A DNA stretch of 27,960 bases from Priapulus caudatus (Eukaryota), in the NCBI RefSeq assembly GCF_000485595.1, contig NW_014577062.1, positions 1,074,012 to 1,101,971 of the forward strand. The letters run 5' to 3'. The notes below the pieces were generated by a model. That model ran no database searches, had not been told where the DNA came from, and saw only the letters and a list, made by a program, of their open reading frames with translations. Position numbers and translations under genes: made by a program. Position 1 is the first letter of the stretch, and each line of letters begins with the position of its first letter. Shown here one piece after another: positions 25,154-27,960 of this stretch.

Positions 25154-27651
25154 CAAATTCAAAAAATTGGTAAAGGGCGTTTAGATTTTAATCAGCGAGA
25201 TTTCGAGACGTACATCTCTTCCTCAGGCTTTCAGCTGACATTCATGTGAATGTCATCAAAATGTCAGCTGACATTTATGTGAATGTCATCAGAATGTCAG
25301 CTGACATTCATGTGAATGTCATCAGAATGTCAGCTGACATTTATGTGAATGTCATCAGAATGTCAGCTGAAAGCCTGAGGAAGAGATGTACATCTCGAAA
25401 GCTCGCTGATTAAAATTTAAACACTCCTTACTTATATTTTGAATTTGTTTTTATCTACATGAGTGTTCGTGTGATTTTACTTATATATATATATAATACA
25501 TGTGAATTTGTTACGTTTGTAGAATAATGCTTGCGGATTTGTTAAAATCTGTAGAATAATTCCCGTGATTTTGGATAGTAGTTTATACTTCGTGATTTCG
25601 TTATGTTTGATGAGTGTGCCTATGATTTTGTTATGATCGCTTTCAGTTTGAGTGCTTTGATACGGCCGGCACCAGCATCGGGGAAACGTTCGGCCGCAAG
25701 AAGAGAGATCTATCGGACGTGGAAGAGGAGGTCTCCATCGTGAAAGAAATCGAGGTGTTCGACAAGGAATCTCCCGAATTTGCTGAACTACTTGCTCAAG
25801 ACGGTAAGCTGGCGAGTATGCGAGCTCGTGGGAGCGGTTACCTCAATGACATTGCAACGATTCTATGCGAGGGAAACGCGTGGGTTGTAGCAAATTAATT
25901 GGGTACAAATGAGTGAGTAGGTGACGCCGCTTCGGGTAGCTGTCACTGTCTGGATGTACACAGATAGTATAAAACGCGCAATCTGACAACATCGAACAAA
26001 CATCGCCTATAGTTCAGGCGAAAACGAGAGAACGCTATTGGAGAGTTTCTTTACTAAATCCACGTGTTAACACATATGACAAGAGCGACGCGCAAACGAC
26101 GTGCAAGCGACGTGCATGAGAAACTTGCTACTCATCATTGTGTTCGTTGTGCTACTGCTTTTAATAAATCGATGCTAAGCGCGAGTAACAAAGCTAACAA
26201 GAACTGAGTCCTAACCGCGATTCATCCGAGAAGCCCCTTGTTATTCTCGAATTTCTACTGGCGCGACGGATGGTAGCTATTTCTTTGCGATATTCGAGCA
26301 TATATAGTCTATATTATGCAAACTGCAAAATGAGCAACTTGATATTTCTACGCGAACGCTAAGGTGTGCTCTCCTTCTTTCTTTCTGTCTTTCTCTCTTT
26401 CTCTCTCCCTCTATCTCTGAAATGCAAACTCGACTATCAACGTGAAACGTTTGACGACGATTATTTGTATTTGCTTGTTAATGCCGAGAGGTTAGAAAGA
26501 TGCTTTAGCGTGTTTACGTGTAGATGAAAGCAAATCAGGATGAAATTGATCGACTCAAGCGGGCTACGCGCAAATGTCAAGCGCATGCGGTAAAGTTTAT
26601 AGATAAAGTTATGGCGTAGTTAAGACGATCTACTGCGTGTTAACAGAACTTTTTACTATTTCACGTCAAACCTCAATTCTCTTTCTTCGAAAATCAATTG
26701 CGGATTGTCAATATAGTCTTACCGACCGACGCTCCGCTATCCGTCGTAGAGCAATATATATGTTTAATGCAGCGGCTGCGAGCGAAAACGAATAAAATCT
26801 TTCGCTTGATTTTACGTAGTTGAATCGCGTCAGAGTGAGTTGAGCCTGTTTGTGTCGGCGCGTGTTTATAGCACTCAACCCACGCGTGATCACGCACGCT
26901 GCTCACACTATACCGCACGGCGGGCGTCGATAAACCAAATCGAAACGATGACCTTTAAATATAAAACTTTTCGCATCGAACCCCGCGCGACTTTCGCAGT
27001 TATAGGCACCCTTGTCCATGCGAGCTACAGTAGCCTGTCTTCAGGCACACTTCTCCGTAATGAGAAACAAGCGGTCTGCATGTGTAATCATGACAGCAAT
27101 ATACACCGGCAGTCTCTTGCTAGTTGAGAATTGATTTCAAAATCTCCGTCGCGAGTTCGTATTGTACCGAACGCCTTACTTCATTGCAATTGCTCAAAGT
27201 GGTTTAGATTCCTATAACGGTGGGTGGCGATAATTTTCATGTGTCGCAATCGAAAATATCAACATTAATAACTTAATAATGAAAAAGAATAGCGATTAGG
27301 TTATATCTAAACAATATAATAATAACGCAGCTTCGGTACGCACGCGTGTCCCGACACTTGTGTCTCGGGACTCCGTCTATATGTATCGCTCGTCACTCGT
27401 CACCTACGACCTCCCCCCAGTCTCTTCTGCTCATCACCTACAACCTGCCCTCTCGTCTGTACTTGTAGAGAACGTGAAGCTACGGCTAGTCAAGGATACG
27501 AACGGTCTGCCGTGGATCGTGCTCACGGCGCTGCTGGGTACGCTGCTCGCTGTCTCCATCATGTCCAATATCATGTTCTACAGCAAAGTGCGCCGCTTCC
27601 GCGCGCGATCTCTCAAGGGCTGCACCCGCTCGCCCGGCTTCGACAACCTCG
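16638..27651 (+). CDS. ZP-domain (cuticlin/Dusky-like) single-pass membrane protein; spliced gene join(16638..16685,20270..20309,21566..21738,22239..22375,22724..22866,23300..23381,23611..23776,25647..25803,27469..27651); 3' end is either a further exon beyond the window or read-through to TAG at 27660-27662
   Basis: All 8 introns are GT..AG with matching phases (0,1,0,2,1,2,0,1). The joined ORF is 1129 nt with no stop. Translation gives a signal peptide, ZP-N (VTVKC..GSIYVK..C..CG..TIVIQRH..YKVQC), ZP-C (RLGE..VRDCWA..LLDTNGCP..FEAFKF..VRFQCQLMMC..C..C), RKKR, a hydrophobic patch and a TM helix. Confidence 0.93.
17360..17695. repeat. Pyrimidine-rich/(GT)n/(CT)n compound microsatellite in intron 1
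   Basis: Seen directly. Confidence 0.93.
17935..18449. mobile_element. Decayed hAT-like MITE fragments in intron 1
   Basis: GGGGGTATGGCCCCCCCAGAAGATTTGAAAAT resembles the reverse complement of 6897-6925. Terminal-like CCCCCAGCTGAATCCGCCACTG at 18428-18449. The left boundary is uncertain. Confidence 0.4.
20270..20309 (+). CDS. ZP gene coding exon 2 (CLDVVWAMGLKPK; end of signal peptide)
   Basis: Acceptor tttttctttccag|, donor AAG|GTAAGC. Phase 0 in and phase 1 out bridge exons 1 and 3. VWA fits a signal-peptidase -3/-1 site. Confidence 0.8.
21364..21431. repeat. 68-bp hairpin with perfect 19-bp outer arms (tiny MITE-like)
   Basis: CAGGAGTGTCATAATATAG / CTATATTATGACACTCCTG. The inner 13 bp pair imperfectly around a 4-nt loop. 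Confidence 0.85.
21439..21493 (+). repeat. 5 x 11-bp tandem repeat CCYSCTGATGA
   Basis: Units at 21439, 21450, 21461, 21472 and 21483. Confidence 0.92.
21566..21738 (+). CDS. ZP gene exon 3 (ZP-N, VTVKCSRPDAM...FDKCGTKR)
   Basis: Acceptor tgtgcag|, donor CGG|GTATGT. Carries Cys1-3 of ZP-N and the GSIYVK motif. Confidence 0.92.
22239..22375 (+). CDS. ZP gene exon 4 (ZP-N end, ENDIYTSTIVIQRHRTVVTADDVAYKVQCAFDTSPKTVLNSDVTL)
   Basis: Acceptor cttttgtacag|, donor AA|GTACGC. Cuticlin-type TIVIQxH..VT..D..YKVQC motif. Missed by the ORF track. Confidence 0.92.
22724..22866 (+). CDS. ZP gene exon 5 (linker and ZP-C start, DLSPTVINQTAPPAKVTMNV...RLGEVYELEIDIANG)
   Basis: Acceptor ttttttctctcgcag|, donor C|GTGAGT. 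Pro-rich linker, internal hydrophobic patch, xLGE motif, NQT sequon. Confidence 0.92.
22924..22983. mobile_element. 60-bp hairpin mini-MITE with 8-bp TSD (hAT-like)
   Basis: Arms AGAGCCGTATATAGAGATA / TATCTCTATATACGGCGCT (18/19). ACCGGCGC is duplicated at 22916-22923 and 22984-22991. Confidence 0.78.
23300..23381 (+). CDS. ZP gene exon 6 (RVYGGFVRDCWAFTGDGLWKYQLLDTNG)
   Basis: Acceptor ctacggcag|, donor GG|GTAAGC. VxxCxA and LLDxNG(CP) ZP-C motifs. Confidence 0.92.
23611..23776 (+). CDS. ZP gene exon 7 (CPLDAAIFG...FEAFKFAESTQVRFQCQLMMCRGPCEP)
   Basis: Acceptor cattttcag|, donor CCG|GTAGGT. Hallmark FxAFKF..VxFQC..C..C motif. Confidence 0.94.
24347..24768. mobile_element. 422-bp MITE with perfect 15-bp TIR and 6-bp TSD
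   Basis: TIR GAGGGGGGGAACGGG / CCCGTTCCCCCCCTC. ATTACA at 24341-24346 and 24769-24774. Repeated CTGGGAACTGGGA-like motifs inside. Confidence 0.9.
25194..25229 (-). ncRNA. Second hammerhead copy, inverted orientation
   Basis: Reverse complement reads AGC-CUGAGGA-A-GAGAUG(UA)CGUCUC-GAAA-UC-UC-GCU. Stem II is kept by a U-G wobble; the AGCU palindrome is changed to AUCU. Confidence 0.7.
25231..25370. repeat. 4 x 33-bp palindromic tandem repeat (TCAGCTGACATTYATGTGAATGTCATCAGAATG)
   Basis: Units start at 25231, 25264, 25297 and 25330. Position 13 alternates C/T/C/T. Confidence 0.95.
25372..25407 (+). ncRNA. Minimal type-I hammerhead ribozyme (PLE-type), sense strand in ZP intron 7
   Basis: AGC-CUGAGGA-A-GAGAUG(UA)CAUCUC-GAAA-GC-UC-GCU: CUGANGA/GAAA core, self-complementary stem II, AGCU palindrome, UC cleavage dinucleotide. 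Confidence 0.78.
25647..25803 (+). CDS. ZP gene exon 8 (FECFDTAGTSIGETFGRKKRDLSDVEEEVSIVKEIEVFDKESPEFAELLAQD)
   Basis: Acceptor cgctttcag|, donor G|GTAAGC. Last Cys, furin site RKKR, external hydrophobic patch (VKEIEVFD). Missed by the ORF track. Confidence 0.9.
27469..27651 (+). CDS. ZP gene exon 9 (TM helix LPWIVLTALLGTLLAVSIMSNIMFY and basic cytoplasmic tail ...GFDNL)
   Basis: Acceptor gtacttgtag|, phase 1 matches exon 8. Hydrophobic helix followed by SKVRRFRAR. Donor-like G|GTGAGT at 27652. Confidence 0.88.
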
Positions 27652-27766
27652 GTGAGTTGTAGGTTGTTGTTGGTGAGGTGTGAGGTGACGATGCGTCTTG
27701 TACGGCTATTAGATTGGAATACATGCAGTCGCACGCACGCAGAGGCGGCAATGACATGGGAACAGG

Positions 27767-27806
27767 CACGCACACCCACAACACGCAAACACACATACGC
27801 GCGCGC

Positions 27807-27877
<71 letters not shown>

Positions 27878-27960
27878 ATCGGACAACTAAACACACACGC
27901 GCGCTCGCGCGCGCACACACACACACACTCACACACACACACACACACACACAATCGGAC
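27767..27960. repeat. (CA)n/(CG)n compound microsatellite running off the window
   Basis: Seen directly. AATCGGAC recurs 76 bp apart (27877, 27953), suggesting a larger unit. Confidence 0.9.

Larger units (their letters stand above)
25152..25478. mobile_element. Inverted Penelope-like-element terminal remnant inserted in a (TA)n tract
   Basis: 91-bp inverted arms (25152-25242 and 25359-25449, 9 mismatches), each with a hammerhead. Flanked on both sides by ACT(TA)n (25116-25152; 25479-25495). Confidence 0.65.

Noticed and set aside
25231..25370. CRISPR-like appearance of the 33-bp palindromic repeats
   Set aside because: The units are head-to-tail with no unique spacers, there are no cas genes, and the context is a eukaryotic intron.
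27018..27049. Possible fourth hammerhead on the minus strand (GUGC-CUGAAGA-CAG GCUA CUG-UAGCUC-GCAU)
   Set aside because: Stems and AGCUC are present but the essential GAAA is missing. At best a dead relic, and it may be chance.

Overview
Repeat-rich animal genomic DNA, probably invertebrate (GT-AG introns, abundant CpG, many microsatellites). One protein-coding gene can be built by hand on the + strand. It has at least 9 phase-compatible coding exons (16638-27651) and encodes a ~380-aa cuticlin/Dusky-like zona pellucida (ZP) membrane protein: signal peptide, ZP-N with 4 Cys, ZP-C with 6 Cys, RKKR furin site, TM helix and short tail. The long His/Thr and Cys/Val ORFs in the track are microsatellite artefacts. 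The most notable non-coding signal is three minimal type-I hammerhead ribozyme motifs of the Penelope-like-element (PLE) kind. One lies just after a 3.6-kb degenerate (GT)n tract (6505-6543). The other two form a divergent inverted pair in intron 7 of the ZP gene (25194-25229 minus, 25372-25407 plus) and enclose a 4x33-bp palindromic array. The window also holds a ~790-bp foldback element, a MITE with a 6-bp TSD, tiny hairpin MITEs, a Helentron/HINE-like remnant and a dispersed minisatellite. All calls come from reading the sequence by eye; no searches or folding programs were run.
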